NCBI GenBank assembly: GCA_965203315.1
Contig: OZ241857.1
Coordinates: 1,568,001-1,632,000, forward strand
Reading direction: 5' to 3'
Length of the DNA stretch: 64,000 nt
Origin: Nitrosopumilus sp.
Lineage (GTDB): Archaea > Thermoproteota > Nitrososphaeria > Nitrososphaerales > Nitrosopumilaceae
The position numbers and the translations under genes are program-made. Position 1 is the first letter of the stretch. Every line of letters begins with the position of its first letter. The notes under the pieces are model-generated. The model ran no database searches, was not told where the DNA came from, and was given only the letters and a program-made list of their open reading frames with translations. This document shows, piece after piece, positions 9,653 through 20,432 of the stretch.

Positions 9653-10844
9653 AAATTATGATCACTAATAAAAACATAAGAATTATTGCAAACAAACTCG
9701 GTAAACCTATAGAAATAATTGAAAGAGATTATGTATTAGATTGTCTGCTTTATGGAATTTATCACAAGGATTCAAAACTACGTGATTTGTTGATCTTCAA
9801 AGGTGGAACATCATTAAGAAAAGTATTCTTTACTAATTTGTGGCGGTTTTCAGAGGATCTTGATTTCACATTGATGCCAAACACAGAGCCTAAATTTGTA
9901 ATATCAAATTTTGATCGAGTATGCGAATTTTTAGAAAGAGAGATAGATTTAAAATGTAACGTAAAGATGAATACTCTTAAAAATAATCTTGCAATACAAG
10001 GGGATCTTTTCGATTTACGTTGGATGGATTTTTTTACAGACTCATCATTGCAAGACTTGATGGAATTATTGAAGCGAAATATTCAAACTTTGTATTAAAA
10101 TGTCAATTAAAAAAACACTTGTTATTTAATTCTGTTAGAATTTACTAGACAAATTTAAAATTATACAGAGTTTTCACTGCGTTCAGTATTAATGTGCGCC
10201 ATTTATTTGCTCCTTTTATGATAATTCCAGCTCTGTCGGCTGGTGTGTCACTGTTTAAACCCATATGTGGTCTAATGTAATTGTAATGTATTCTAATTCC
10301 ACGAATAAGAAAAGCATTTTTGAAGCCTTTGATTTTTTGTTCAACATGTCTAAACTTTCCATTAAAACTCTCAATCTCATTGTTGTGTACATGATCACCT
10401 GCCATGTGAATTTCTCTAATGTGAATAGATGACTTGCCTGATTTTGCTTTTGCAAATATCTTCTTAAACGATGCTTCATAACAAGCTGCGCCATCAGTTA
10501 TCAGCACAGATGGTGTTTTTTGTGCAATCTTTTCTGCTTCTTTAAATAATTTATTGACTTGTGCTTTATTTTTCTTCTTGCCAACTTGACTACCCAGCCA
10601 AAACCTTGTTTTACGATCCAGCATCGCAAAGAGATAATGCAGTTTGCCATTGATCTCGAACCACACTTCATCAGCATGATATATCTCACCAATTTGAGGT
10701 GCGAGTGTTGAAATGTACTCATCCATCAATTTGACGTATCTTACAGTCCAGTCGTGAATGGTGGTACACCCAACTTTGACACCTTTCTTTGCCAAAAATT
10801 GTACGACTTCACTCAAGCTAGATCCTGTAAGATGTAAATGTATT

Positions 10845-12327
10845 AGCTCCATCCTATGATTAGGCACAAAATTGAAATTTTTTGACAAATGAGGCAAATT
10901 TTCAGTGAATAAAATCTATCTGACAGAGTTTTGTGCAGTGTGATTATTGTTTTTGATTGGTTTGGTTTTTGATACAAAATTAAATAATTATCTTCGAGTT
11001 ATTTTTGAAATAAATCACATAGAAAATACAAACAATAATAAAGAACGAATATTATTGACAACGACATAGTGGCAAAAAAAATTCCAAAAATAAAAATGTT
11101 AAAAGATGAAGATGATAAATCTTCAGAAATTAGCACACGAATGTTAAATAAAGCACTAAAAAAAGTTAATAACTTAACTCCACTAAGAGTTCTTTTGATA
11201 ATGTTTAGTATGGGAATAGTTGATGTTGAGTTTGTCGTAAATAAATTCGAAAAAGAGCTAAAAAAGTTGAATAGTAAAAAAGTTGGTGGTCCATTTATTT
11301 ATCCAAACTCTTTTATTCACTTTGCTGGTATTTTAAAGATACAAAAGCAAGCGTCCTATGTAGAACTAGCAAATGAATTAAGAAAGCTTTTTCCTGCTTT
11401 TCATACACCTAATCATTCTACACTACACAGGAGAATGAACAAAATAAATGTAGATATTTTGAATGACCTAATTTTAGTTTTAAATGAAAAATTATCTATA
11501 GGTCAAGATAGCACTGGTTTTGAATATCATGCAGGTAGTGGATGGATCGAGTACAAGTGGAAGCTAAAAAGGAGACTATTCATAAAATTGCACATAATCG
11601 TAGAGGTAAAAACGCAAGTTATACTAGCCTGTAGTGTAACAACAAAGAGAGGAGCAGATTCAACACAGTTTGAGCCATTAATTAAGGAGGTACTAGATTT
11701 GGTTAATAGTCTAAAAGAATTAAACAAATCAATAGAGATTGAATATCTAGCTGACAAAGCATATGATTCAAAGAAGATTTTTGACTTTTGTAAAGAACAT
11801 GGAATAACTCCCATAATTCCAGTGAGAAAGAAGGCAAAGTCACATGGTAATGACAAAAGAAGTAAAGAAGTAAGAATTCAATTTGGAGGCAGTATCAATT
11901 GTAAAAATGTAAACAGACTTTCACAAGACACATGTCTATCAAATCAAGACAAATGGAGAATAAAATCAGGATATACTAAACGTTCCCTTACGGAAACACC
12001 ATTTTCAACAACTAAACGCAAGCATGGTGAAAAGGTTAAAGCAAAAAAATGGAAAAATGTGCAGCAAGAAATGCTTTTCAGAGTTGCGGCACACAATTTG
12101 AAAATAATTGAAACTCGTGTCAGAGAAATATTAAAATCGTTTTAATTTATTGCCTTTTTGATCACTTTACTAATAAAACATTGTTAATTGTGCTGCAATG
12201 TTGTAGTTTTAAGAACTGTTTTTAATTTTTATCAATGAATTGGAATGGCAGTTGCTAACAAACCATACTTTTATGCAAATAATATATGCAATATACAAAA
12301 TTTTACAAATAATCATAGGATGGAGCT
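10845..12327 (+). mobile_element. IS5-family (IS903-like) element
   Basis: TIRs AGCTCCATCCTATGATTA / TAATCATAGGATGGAGCT; 9-bp TSD AAATGTATT at 10836-10844 and 12328-12336. Confidence 0.95.
11069..12145 (+). CDS. IS5-family transposase
   Basis: DSTG, KLH, ADKAYD and Y..RS..ETPFS..KR motifs. Confidence 0.93.
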   Translation: MAKKIPKIKMLKDEDDKSSEISTRMLNKALKKVNNLTPLRVLLIMFSMGIVDVEFVVNKFEKELKKLNSKKVGGPFIYPNSFIHFAGILKIQKQASYVELANELRKLFPAFHTPNHSTLHRRMNKINVDILNDLILVLNEKLSIGQDSTGFEYHAGSGWIEYKWKLKRRLFIKLHIIVEVKTQVILACSVTTKRGADSTQFEPLIKEVLDLVNSLKELNKSIEIEYLADKAYDSKKIFDFCKEHGITPIIPVRKKAKSHGNDKRSKEVRIQFGGSINCKNVNRLSQDTCLSNQDKWRIKSGYTKRSLTETPFSTTKRKHGEKVKAKKWKNVQQEMLFRVAAHNLKIIETRVREILKSF

Positions 12328-13520
12328 AAATGTATTGCATCAGTTACATGCTCTGGTGACGCGGCTAGTCCCTCAAATCCCACATTTCCAGAAAACGATA
12401 CCTCGCATATCTTGCAGTAATATTTTTGATTATCATAATTTTTGTTAGGTCTGATGCCATTTTTTACAGTCTCTAGTGTGCCACAATGTTTACAACAAAT
12501 CTTGCCATCATTTAGTGACTCTAGCGTAGTTTCTTTTGTTTTTGTCCCAACCTCCACTACGATATCAACCATTTTGACATGTTTGCATCTCTTTTTTCCA
12601 AACTTGTAGCCTTTACAAGTGCAAAACCAATTTCCTGGTTCACCCATAACATCGTATGTTTCATCTCCTGTTTGAATCTTGACTTTGTAGTGGTTATCTT
12701 GTACTTTTTTGACACACTTGCACATTTCCAAATACTCTTTTGTAGCATCAGACATGCAGATTTGCTCTAGATTTTGCTTCACATGTGTAGTAGAAATATA
12801 CTAGTATATACCACTTTTTTTAAAAAAAGTTAATTTTTTAGTTAAAAATATTTTATTCATTTAAAGTTTTCTATCATATACTAAATTACAAATAGAAATC
12901 TAGTAAATATCACACAATTGTTTTATTTTTGAAGTGTTGGGTAGTTTTAGGAAAAAGTCGTCTAAAAAACCATCCAACGTAAATCGAAAACATCCATACA
13001 AGGAGTCATTCGTTTTTCAAGTACAACTGGCGAGAAAAAGAATATAAAAATTGATATCTCGAGAAAAGAACTGGTAATAGAAGATCCAATAGTGCAAAAC
13101 ATATCTCATTCATATGACGTTTTACCAGATTTTCAGGTAAAAACGTACACAATCAATGAGATACTTGTAGAAAAAATTTGTAGTCTAATGCAGCGCACAA
13201 AAGTGAGAGACTATTATGACGTTTGGAAGATATTTAGTTCTAACGTTTATGGTTTTGATACTGTAATGATTACCAAAATGATCAAACAAAAATGCAGCAT
13301 CAACAATAGAAAATATGATCCATATTTAATATTCAACAATACTCGACTTGGCGAGTTAGAAAAATACTGGAAGATGTGGTTGGATGTTCTAGTTGTTGAG
13401 GATCTACCCGAGTTTGACAAGGTCTTTGATGATATTAAGATTCAACTTGCGTTTCTTTATGAAGATGATTAGTAGAGGATCTGGTTATTTCAATTTGATG
13501 CGATTGATAATGCTATTTAC

Positions 13521-13633
13521 GGATATTTTTGATTTACGTAGGATAGCATTTTCCCAGACTTTTCCCCAACATTTCTGTAGAGTCTTGCAGTACTTTTTCT
13601 GTAAAATTTTATTTTACGTAACCGAAAAGATCG
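13521..13633. mobile_element. IS6-derived MITE (family A)
   Basis: GGATATTTTTGATTTACGTAGGAT...ACGTAACCGAAAAGATC; interior resembles both subterminal regions of the IS6 element. Confidence 0.85.
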
Positions 13634-13746
13634 AGACCGATGCAATATCTGGACATCAAATACATGCATATCGCACATATCACTTGATATTGTCACGTCA
13701 TAGTACCACATGAATGCTTTTATGTCTTTGTTACAAAATACTTGTA

Positions 13747-14556
13747 ATGTCTAACAAGTCTGCAATTGAATGGACTAATGCTACATGGAATCCAACTACA
13801 GGATGTACAAAAATATCGTCTGGATGTAAAAATTGCTATGCTGAAAGATTGTCCACAAAACTGAAACGTTGGGGAGTTCAAAAGTATGAAAACGATTTTG
13901 AATTCACTCAACACGAGAATGAACTTTTGACACCACTTCACTGGAAAAAACCACAAAGAATTTTTGTTAATTCTATGTCTGATTTATTCCACGAGGAAGC
14001 CGATCTTGGATTTATTGAGAAAGTGTTTATGACAATGCTTGTTGGAGATTGGCATACATATCAAATTTTGACTAAGCGACCAAATAAGATGAGGGATTTT
14101 TCTAGACTTTTCTATAAAATCTTTGGCTTTCCTATACCGGAGCATATTTGGATGGGAGTTAGTGTTGAAGATAATGCGTCAGTGTATAGGATCAAGGAGT
14201 TAAGACAAGTTAAATCTTATTGTAAATTCATTAGCTTTGAACCATTGTTAGAAAAGATAGGCAGAATAGACCTCAAAAATATCGATTGGGTAATAATCGG
14301 AGGTGAGAGTGGTCCTGAATATAGATCAATAGAAGAAGAATGGATCTTGGATTTAATAAAACAGTGTAAGAGACAAAAGACTAAAATTTTCTTTAAACAA
14401 TGGGGAGGTCCTAGACCAAAATCTGGCGGAAGAGTAATTCGAGGCAAAACATTCGATCAGTTTCCAATTAAAAAGGTATTAAAAAATACACATCAGAAAA
14501 AGTTTGAGAGGGTGAAAAATAAACTAAATGAAGAATCATATAGAGCCCATTCATAA
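13747..14556 (+). CDS. DUF5131 (phage Gp37/Gp68-like, three-Cys) protein; last 10 codons displaced by an IS
   Basis: IEWTNATWNPTTGCTKISSGCKNCYA, SMSDLF and WVIIGGESG motifs. The original tail DEIINFIKLK* lies at 16038-16070. Confidence 0.92.
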   Translation: MSNKSAIEWTNATWNPTTGCTKISSGCKNCYAERLSTKLKRWGVQKYENDFEFTQHENELLTPLHWKKPQRIFVNSMSDLFHEEADLGFIEKVFMTMLVGDWHTYQILTKRPNKMRDFSRLFYKIFGFPIPEHIWMGVSVEDNASVYRIKELRQVKSYCKFISFEPLLEKIGRIDLKNIDWVIIGGESGPEYRSIEEEWILDLIKQCKRQKTKIFFKQWGGPRPKSGGRVIRGKTFDQFPIKKVLKNTHQKKFERVKNKLNEESYRAHS

Positions 14557-16034
14557 TTCCCTTTTCATTAGTCCACAGTTTTGATAACTTTGTAAAATAT
14601 ATTGTAATCAACGTTGCAGAGCAAAGTTTGTAACACGAAATGCAAAAGATAATGTCCAGTTTGATAATAAAATATTCAAATCGATGCAAAGAATATACAA
14701 ATATCATAAAAATCCAAAACATCGTGCGCAGTCGTATGGTGCTGCAATACACTCTGTGTTATTTGATTCCGGCTATCTCTTTTAGCTTTTTGAGTCGCGC
14801 AGTTGGTCTGTCTCTTATTTTATCCCAAAGACGATTGTAATTAACCAGAGTAGCTATTCCTTGCATCAGTAGGTTGTGATCATCATCGTTTCCTTGAAAC
14901 TGGTGCTGCAAGATTGCATACTGTTTACCTTCACCTATTACATTCTCTATTATTACACGAATTGCTCGTTGCCATCTGTTAAACTCCATCTGTTCTTTTG
15001 TGAGTTGACCTTTTGGTGGTCTCTTGTATGGTGTGATTACATTAACGCCAAGATAATCTTCGCCAGCTGATATGTACACAGCATCCAAATAGAGATCAAA
15101 CTTTTCCTTGTCTGGCGTGTTTGGATCTTTCATTGCTAGCCCCCATTTACCCCAGTCCAGTTCCATCTCTCTAAGAATCACTATGTCGCTTTTAGGCCCA
15201 GGATATGTCTTGGTGATGTCCAAGATCTCTTTTCTGTTGTTTGTCAGAACGCCCTCCTTTACTGTATGATGGTGCTTGTATCCAGAGTAATAGTCTTCAT
15301 TTAACTCCTCGTCTGTAGGTACATTAATGAACGACTCTGTACAGTCTCCAAACAGTTCTAAATTTGGTATCCACTCTTTGAGCTCTTTAATCGTCTTGCA
15401 GTTCTTGATTGCTTTGCTGAATCCACCAGTTGACGCAAAAAATATCGGAAGAAACTTTTGGACATATGCTACATACCTTGATATCGTGGGTTGCGATATT
15501 GAAAAGTGGCTGCCTAGTCTATCTTGTGTTAACCCTGTTGTCATGTATGCTAATGCCAAAAATAAGATATGTCGTAACGTGACCATACAGACTTTTCCTT
15601 GTCCAAACTCTGTATCCGAACATTGTGGTACTCTTCCACACTTGTCTGCGTATTTGTTAAATTCGTCATACATCTCATCAAATTGCTGTGGCGTCATCTT
15701 TATGTTATGATGTAGTTTATTTGGGTCGTCGAGTATCTCATCAATTAATTCTAGAGCATGTTGTAGACTCGTCTTTGTCTCATCACGTTTATCTACATAT
15801 CTCCACATTGCTCTCTCTGATTCTAGTTTAGATTCAGCTTTGGCCAGAGCCGCTTCTGCTCTTATTCGTCTCTTTCTCTCTGATTCTAGTTCAGATTCTA
15901 GTGTACAACAAGTTTGACAATCCATGTTTACTGTACAACAGATTAAAACTAAAGCATTACTGCTGAAATGTGTTGACAAAATGGTAAAAAACTAGAGCAC
16001 AATACGAGCCAAAAGAGAATTATGAATGGGCTCT
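14542..16034 (-). mobile_element. ISL2/PIF-Harbinger-type (IS5 superfamily) element
   Basis: TIRs AGAGCCCATTCATAATTC / GAATTATGAATGGGCTCT; 3-bp TSD TAT. Confidence 0.93.
14759..15979 (-). CDS. DDE_Tnp_4-type transposase with N-terminal coiled coil and HTH
   Basis: DCTE, YYSGYK, DAVY, PYKRP...LT.EQ.EFN and R..IENVIG motifs; start may be the ATG at 15925. Confidence 0.9.
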   Translation of the reverse strand: MSTHFSSNALVLICCTVNMDCQTCCTLESELESERKRRIRAEAALAKAESKLESERAMWRYVDKRDETKTSLQHALELIDEILDDPNKLHHNIKMTPQQFDEMYDEFNKYADKCGRVPQCSDTEFGQGKVCMVTLRHILFLALAYMTTGLTQDRLGSHFSISQPTISRYVAYVQKFLPIFFASTGGFSKAIKNCKTIKELKEWIPNLELFGDCTESFINVPTDEELNEDYYSGYKHHHTVKEGVLTNNRKEILDITKTYPGPKSDIVILREMELDWGKWGLAMKDPNTPDKEKFDLYLDAVYISAGEDYLGVNVITPYKRPPKGQLTKEQMEFNRWQRAIRVIIENVIGEGKQYAILQHQFQGNDDDHNLLMQGIATLVNYNRLWDKIRDRPTARLKKLKEIAGIK

Positions 16035-16115
16035 TATGATGAAATAATCAATTTTATAAAGTTAAAATGACTAAATTTTTCTCCAGCACGCTAGCTGTTT
16101 TGCACAATATAATAA

Positions 16116-16433
16116 TTATCTGTTATATTTGATAATTAATTCATCTCTTTCTAGTAATGAAATTGGCAAAGAATAACATTCAAAGTAAACATCTGAAAAC
16201 AGATCCTCCAGTTTAGATATTTTTTCATCTATGATATCTTCTTTTTCCATATCTCGTCCTTTCCCATCTATGTACCCAATATGAAAACAATGACAAGCGG
16301 ACTCACCATTTCCCCATTGGTATTGTATTTCTGATACAAACGATACATCTTTGAATGTTTCCCGAATAGCATCAACCAATTTATACGATAGAGGTTCTTG
16401 ATAATCTAATATGTTGGAGAATCCTTTTGCCAT
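16116..16433 (-). CDS. Hypothetical acidic protein
   Basis: 105-aa ORF with ATG and an upstream TTTATA box. Confidence 0.55.
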   Translation of the reverse strand: MAKGFSNILDYQEPLSYKLVDAIRETFKDVSFVSEIQYQWGNGESACHCFHIGYIDGKGRDMEKEDIIDEKISKLEDLFSDVYFECYSLPISLLERDELIIKYNR

Positions 16434-16675
16434 GTTTTATGTTATAATGAAAATCTAATATAAATGTATTGACTGATCTTTTTAATTTAAACATGTCATA
16501 AATATGATCATTTGATCTTCAAAATCTTTCTATAGTCGTGTGCAGAAATAACTTTACGCTATTTCATAATTTCTTACAACACTGAATATTTTTTACTATT
16601 CTAATCTATTGGAGGAGTTAGTGATCTATTAATCCAGAAACGTCTTAATCGATAGATGCGAATGTAAACTTGTTC

Positions 16676-16879
16676 CTACCCACGACTATAGATGAGTCCA
16701 AGTTTTTTCTCTACCTTTTTGCCTTGCTTAATCGCACCTCGTAAATCTTTTGGTAATAATGAATCGTCTATTGCTTGTGTTTTTTCTATTATACTCCACA
16801 GTTTTTTATACTCTTGATACACTCTCAGTGCCTTTCGTTCTTCCTCATCAAGTAGACGTTGTTCCATGCTAGCTATCAC
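16676..16879 (-). CDS. Hypothetical small helical protein
   Basis: 67-aa ORF with an upstream TTTATA box. Confidence 0.45.
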   Translation of the reverse strand: MIASMEQRLLDEEERKALRVYQEYKKLWSIIEKTQAIDDSLLPKDLRGAIKQGKKVEKKLGLIYSRG

Positions 16880-17205
16880 TTGTAGTATTAAAAAATAATG
16901 TATAAAGGTTATCTACCGTTATTTGAATTAGTACTACCCTTAGACTGTGATGCTTGGCTAAATTGAATCTTTGTTGGGACATACTGATGGATTTGATGAG
17001 CGTCTCAAGATGATTCTAGTAAATAACGATAATCTAGTTCTCACGTCTAACCGTGTTGTTCCATATCTGTGAAAAGAGCGCAGAGAAGACACTTGATAAT
17101 CTATGCCTTGACCTGTCTTTTAGGCTCAAAACCACAATCTCTGCCCTACAATTTACCAAGTCAAAAAATTTAGACTATTTATACCACTTGATATTGTACT
17201 GTACT

Positions 17206-18723
17206 ATGGCAAATGTACTCAAGACCATCCGTACTGGCGATGATTACATTGAGAGCCTTCGAGGACGTAATCTCAAAGTCTATCTCTTTGGTGAACTAGT
17301 AAAAGAGCCTGTAGATCATCCTATGATTCGTCCATCCATTAATGCTGTCGCTGAGACGTATGATCTTGCACTACGCGAAGCAGAACTCGCAACAGCCAAC
17401 TCGTCTATAACTGGAATACAGGTTAATCGCTTCTTACATATCGCAGAGAGCGCTCAAGACTTGGTACGTCAGAACAAGATGCAGCGAAGGCTAGGTCAGA
17501 ATACAGGTACGTGCTTTCAGCGTTGTGTCGGTATGGATGCATTAAATGCACTCCATTCTACAACATTTGAGATCGATGAAAAGCATGGCACAGATTATCA
17601 TAAACGCTTCTTAGAGTTTGTAAAGATGGTTCAAAGAGAGAACCTTGTCATTGGAGGTGCAATGACTGATCCAAAAGGAGATCGTAGTAAGGGACCATCA
17701 CAACAAGAAGATCCAGATCTCTTCACTCGTGTAGTAGATACCGATGAGCGAGGAATCTATGTGTCTGGGGCAAAGGCACATCAGACAGGTTGTATAAACT
17801 CTCACTGGATAATACTGATGCCAACTGTAAGATTGACAGAAGACGACAAAGACTGGGCAATAGTCGGTGCAATTCCAGCTGATACAAAGGGTGTCACATA
17901 CATCTATGGTAGACAGTCTTGTGATACTCGTAGTATGGAAGAGGGCGACATCGATGCAGGTAATGCAAAGTTTGGTGGCCAAGAAGCACTAATAATTTTA
18001 GATCGTGTCTTTATACCGTGGAACAATGTATTCATGTACGGTGAGTACGAGTTTGCGTCGATGCTGATCGAACGATTCACATGTTATCATAGACGCAGCT
18101 ATGTATGCAAGACAGGTCTTGGTGATGTATTGATTGGAGCAGCTGCAACTATTGCTGAATATAATGGCGTACCCAAAGTATCACACATCAAAGATAAGAT
18201 TATCGAGATGACTCATCTAAACGAGACTATATTTGCAGCAGGTCTCGCATCATCGTATCAAGGACACAAACTAAAGTCTGGTGTATATCTCAACGATGAC
18301 ATGCTTGCTCAAGTCTGTAAACATAATGTAACTCGTTTTCCATACGAGATAGGCAGACTGGCTCAAGATATTGCAGGTGGCCTAGTAGTTACACTCCCAT
18401 CTGAACAAGACTTTAAACATCCAGAGGCGGGTCCTCTGCTCAAAAAGTATCTGGCAGGTCGTAAAGGAACAGACGTCGAGAATCGAATGCGCATATTGAG
18501 ACTTATCGAGAACATGACACTTGGTAGGAATGCGGTAGGTTATCTGACAGAGTCTATGCATGGAGCAGGTTCTCCACAAGCTCAACGAATTCAGATTCAA
18601 AGACAGATGCAGATAGAGTACAAAAAGAATCTAGCCAAGAACCTAGCAGGAATTAAAAACGATATTCACGAACCTAAAGAACCCTCTGAGTACTTTAAGC
18701 GAGTATTTGGAATTAAAGACTAG
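17206..18723 (+). CDS. abfD: 4-hydroxybutyryl-CoA dehydratase (3HP/4HB cycle)
   Basis: TGTCFQRCVGMD, AMTDPKGDR, YHRRSYVCK and ESMHGAGSPQAQ motifs. Confidence 0.97.
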   Translation: MANVLKTIRTGDDYIESLRGRNLKVYLFGELVKEPVDHPMIRPSINAVAETYDLALREAELATANSSITGIQVNRFLHIAESAQDLVRQNKMQRRLGQNTGTCFQRCVGMDALNALHSTTFEIDEKHGTDYHKRFLEFVKMVQRENLVIGGAMTDPKGDRSKGPSQQEDPDLFTRVVDTDERGIYVSGAKAHQTGCINSHWIILMPTVRLTEDDKDWAIVGAIPADTKGVTYIYGRQSCDTRSMEEGDIDAGNAKFGGQEALIILDRVFIPWNNVFMYGEYEFASMLIERFTCYHRRSYVCKTGLGDVLIGAAATIAEYNGVPKVSHIKDKIIEMTHLNETIFAAGLASSYQGHKLKSGVYLNDDMLAQVCKHNVTRFPYEIGRLAQDIAGGLVVTLPSEQDFKHPEAGPLLKKYLAGRKGTDVENRMRILRLIENMTLGRNAVGYLTESMHGAGSPQAQRIQIQRQMQIEYKKNLAKNLAGIKNDIHEPKEPSEYFKRVFGIKD

Positions 18724-18769
18724 AGATAGTTGAAAGTTTCTCTCAATCCTGACTAACATTCTAGACGAG

Positions 18770-19426
18770 TCAAGTGATATCTTTATCTTTCGAGTCGTCT
18801 CTATCTTTTGTCTTGTTGCTTTGACTATCATCACTATGAGAATTATCACTCTCTGTCGATATGTTGTCTCTAGTACTGGATTCTTTATCCTCTTGATCAT
18901 CATCACTCTTTTTTGTTGATATCTCTGGCTTCTTTCCTCCATACTTGTACTTTATCGCGACTATTCCTATGATTACTGCGATTATGATATAGTTGACAGG
19001 TGGTTTTATCAGCTTTGGTATGTAGCCTATCTCTGGAATCGTATACACTACCTTGCCGATATAGTCGTGCTCTTTTATCGGAAAGTCTGTACCGGGAATA
19101 GAGGTGGGATTTGCATCTCCTTTTGCTCGTATGGTCTTTGGTTCGTCATCTATTATCGCTTCTACTCTATGTACTATCACTCTCTCGTGACCAGATGGAC
19201 GATTAAATACGATGATATCACCTACCTCGATATCTGCAAATGGAATACGACCTTGTACTATCAAAACATCGTTCACTTGAAGTACTGGGACCATACTTCC
19301 ACTTGCCACTACATAAAACGGATTTATTCCAAATGCAATATACAGTCCTCCATAAATGATTGCTGCCCCTGCTGCGACGATAATAATATCTTTGATGATC
19401 TTGTTTGATAGTATTCGTTTTACCAT
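18770..19426 (-). CDS. Signal peptidase I, archaeal type
   Basis: SGSM, VHR and KGDAN motifs; acidic/Ser-rich tail. Confidence 0.93.
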   Translation of the reverse strand: MVKRILSNKIIKDIIIVAAGAAIIYGGLYIAFGINPFYVVASGSMVPVLQVNDVLIVQGRIPFADIEVGDIIVFNRPSGHERVIVHRVEAIIDDEPKTIRAKGDANPTSIPGTDFPIKEHDYIGKVVYTIPEIGYIPKLIKPPVNYIIIAVIIGIVAIKYKYGGKKPEISTKKSDDDQEDKESSTRDNISTESDNSHSDDSQSNKTKDRDDSKDKDIT

Positions 19427-19482
19427 CTGTATGACCTCAAATTAGATTTTCTGATCATACGCTGTTCACTTGTTGTGTACTC

Positions 19483-20331
19483 CTAACTTTGAATATTTGC
19501 GCCACACTCTTCGCAGAATTTGGAGCCTTCTTTGTTTACGAATCCACAGCTTGTACACTTGTTAGAGTCTACATGTCCTGTGGACTGTTCATTCAGAAAT
19601 ATCACTTCTCCAACCTTTTTGATGTTAGACCATGGAATGTTAAACTCTGTTCCATCACTGCCTGTTATTACTAGGACCATCGATTGTGTAGCATCTATGC
19701 CAATCTGTTTTGCGATACCTACCTTGTTTGCATCATGATCATATACTGTACGTCCTTCAATCGAACGCACTGCTGTTGCATGCGATAGTGACGATTCGCC
19801 TTTGGTGACGTTTGCAGATACAATAGTCTCTTGAGATGATACATCTTGTACATTTGGTACATCTTGTACACTAGATTGTACAGTCATCTCACGAGTTGCT
19901 ACATCTTGGACAGCATTTGATACATCAGGTACAACTGTGGATTGTACGTTTGGTACACTAGTCTGAGGTGTCGATTCTAGTGGTTTTGCATTACCGATAT
20001 CCATAGACTCGTCTGATTTTTTAAACTCACGGACCTCAGCAAGAGCGCCATTGCATGAAGCACAGACATACTGTCCTCGATTAATCAGAATTAGATTCTC
20101 TGCAACCTCTTCATTAGGTGATTCGAACTCCATCTTTGGAGCCCCTTCAAACTCTTTATCGCAAGTGTTGCAGTAATATTTGGTGATAAGTGACTCATCG
20201 ATCTTGCCTATAGGTGCCAAGAAGAGATCTGGACCACCCAAGTTTCCTTTAGCCTGTTGTTCGTCGGTAACTTTGGCCATGATGTAGCCACCAGACGCCC
20301 TCAACTTCTTCAACCTGAGCTCACTACTCAT
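19483..20331 (-). CDS. Zn-finger + PRC-barrel + zinc-ribbon protein
   Basis: CxxC pairs, PRC-like IPWSNIKKVGEV, C-terminal CTSC...FCEECG; VQDV-rich linker. Confidence 0.8.
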   Translation of the reverse strand: MSSELRLKKLRASGGYIMAKVTDEQQAKGNLGGPDLFLAPIGKIDESLITKYYCNTCDKEFEGAPKMEFESPNEEVAENLILINRGQYVCASCNGALAEVREFKKSDESMDIGNAKPLESTPQTSVPNVQSTVVPDVSNAVQDVATREMTVQSSVQDVPNVQDVSSQETIVSANVTKGESSLSHATAVRSIEGRTVYDHDANKVGIAKQIGIDATQSMVLVITGSDGTEFNIPWSNIKKVGEVIFLNEQSTGHVDSNKCTSCGFVNKEGSKFCEECGANIQS

Positions 20332-20432
20332 ACTCTCTTACTCTAACTAGACACCATTTAAGTATTAATTCCAACAAAAAATGGTGTAATTACTGTTAAC
20401 GTTTTTAGGTATCATGTATACTATACAGATAG

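Larger units (their letters stand above)
10145..12782 (-). pseudogene. IS6-family DDE transposase with N-terminal SWIM and Zn-ribbon domains, split in two
   Basis: N part has CTC...CKH, CKHC and CKIC; C part has ADE, TDG and NNEIES. Rejoins in frame as ...DAIHL|HLTGSS... (381 aa). Confidence 0.9.
10002..12995 (-). mobile_element. IS6-family element (transposase disrupted by an IS5-family element)
   Basis: TIRs GGATCTTTTCGATTTACGTTGGATGG / CCATCCAACGTAAATCGAAAACATCC; 8-bp TSD ATACAAGG at 9994-10001 and 12996-13003. Confidence 0.95.
9658..13472 (+). pseudogene. abiEii: AbiEii nucleotidyltransferase toxin interrupted by nested IS6/IS5 insertion
   Basis: 5' half has ERDY, FKGGTSL and RFSEDLDF; 3' half has EKI..L..R...RDYYD. 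Joining 9658-10001 to 13004-13472 gives an in-frame 270-aa ORF. Confidence 0.92.

Noticed and set aside
13393-13713. ORFs spanning MITEs (also 21978-22166, 37604-37831, 60851-61108)
   Set aside because: The frames run through non-coding MITE sequence and are probably spurious
16945-17015. C/D-box sRNA-like motifs (TGATG...CTGA...TGATGA)
   Set aside because: Box order and the terminal D box are not convincing
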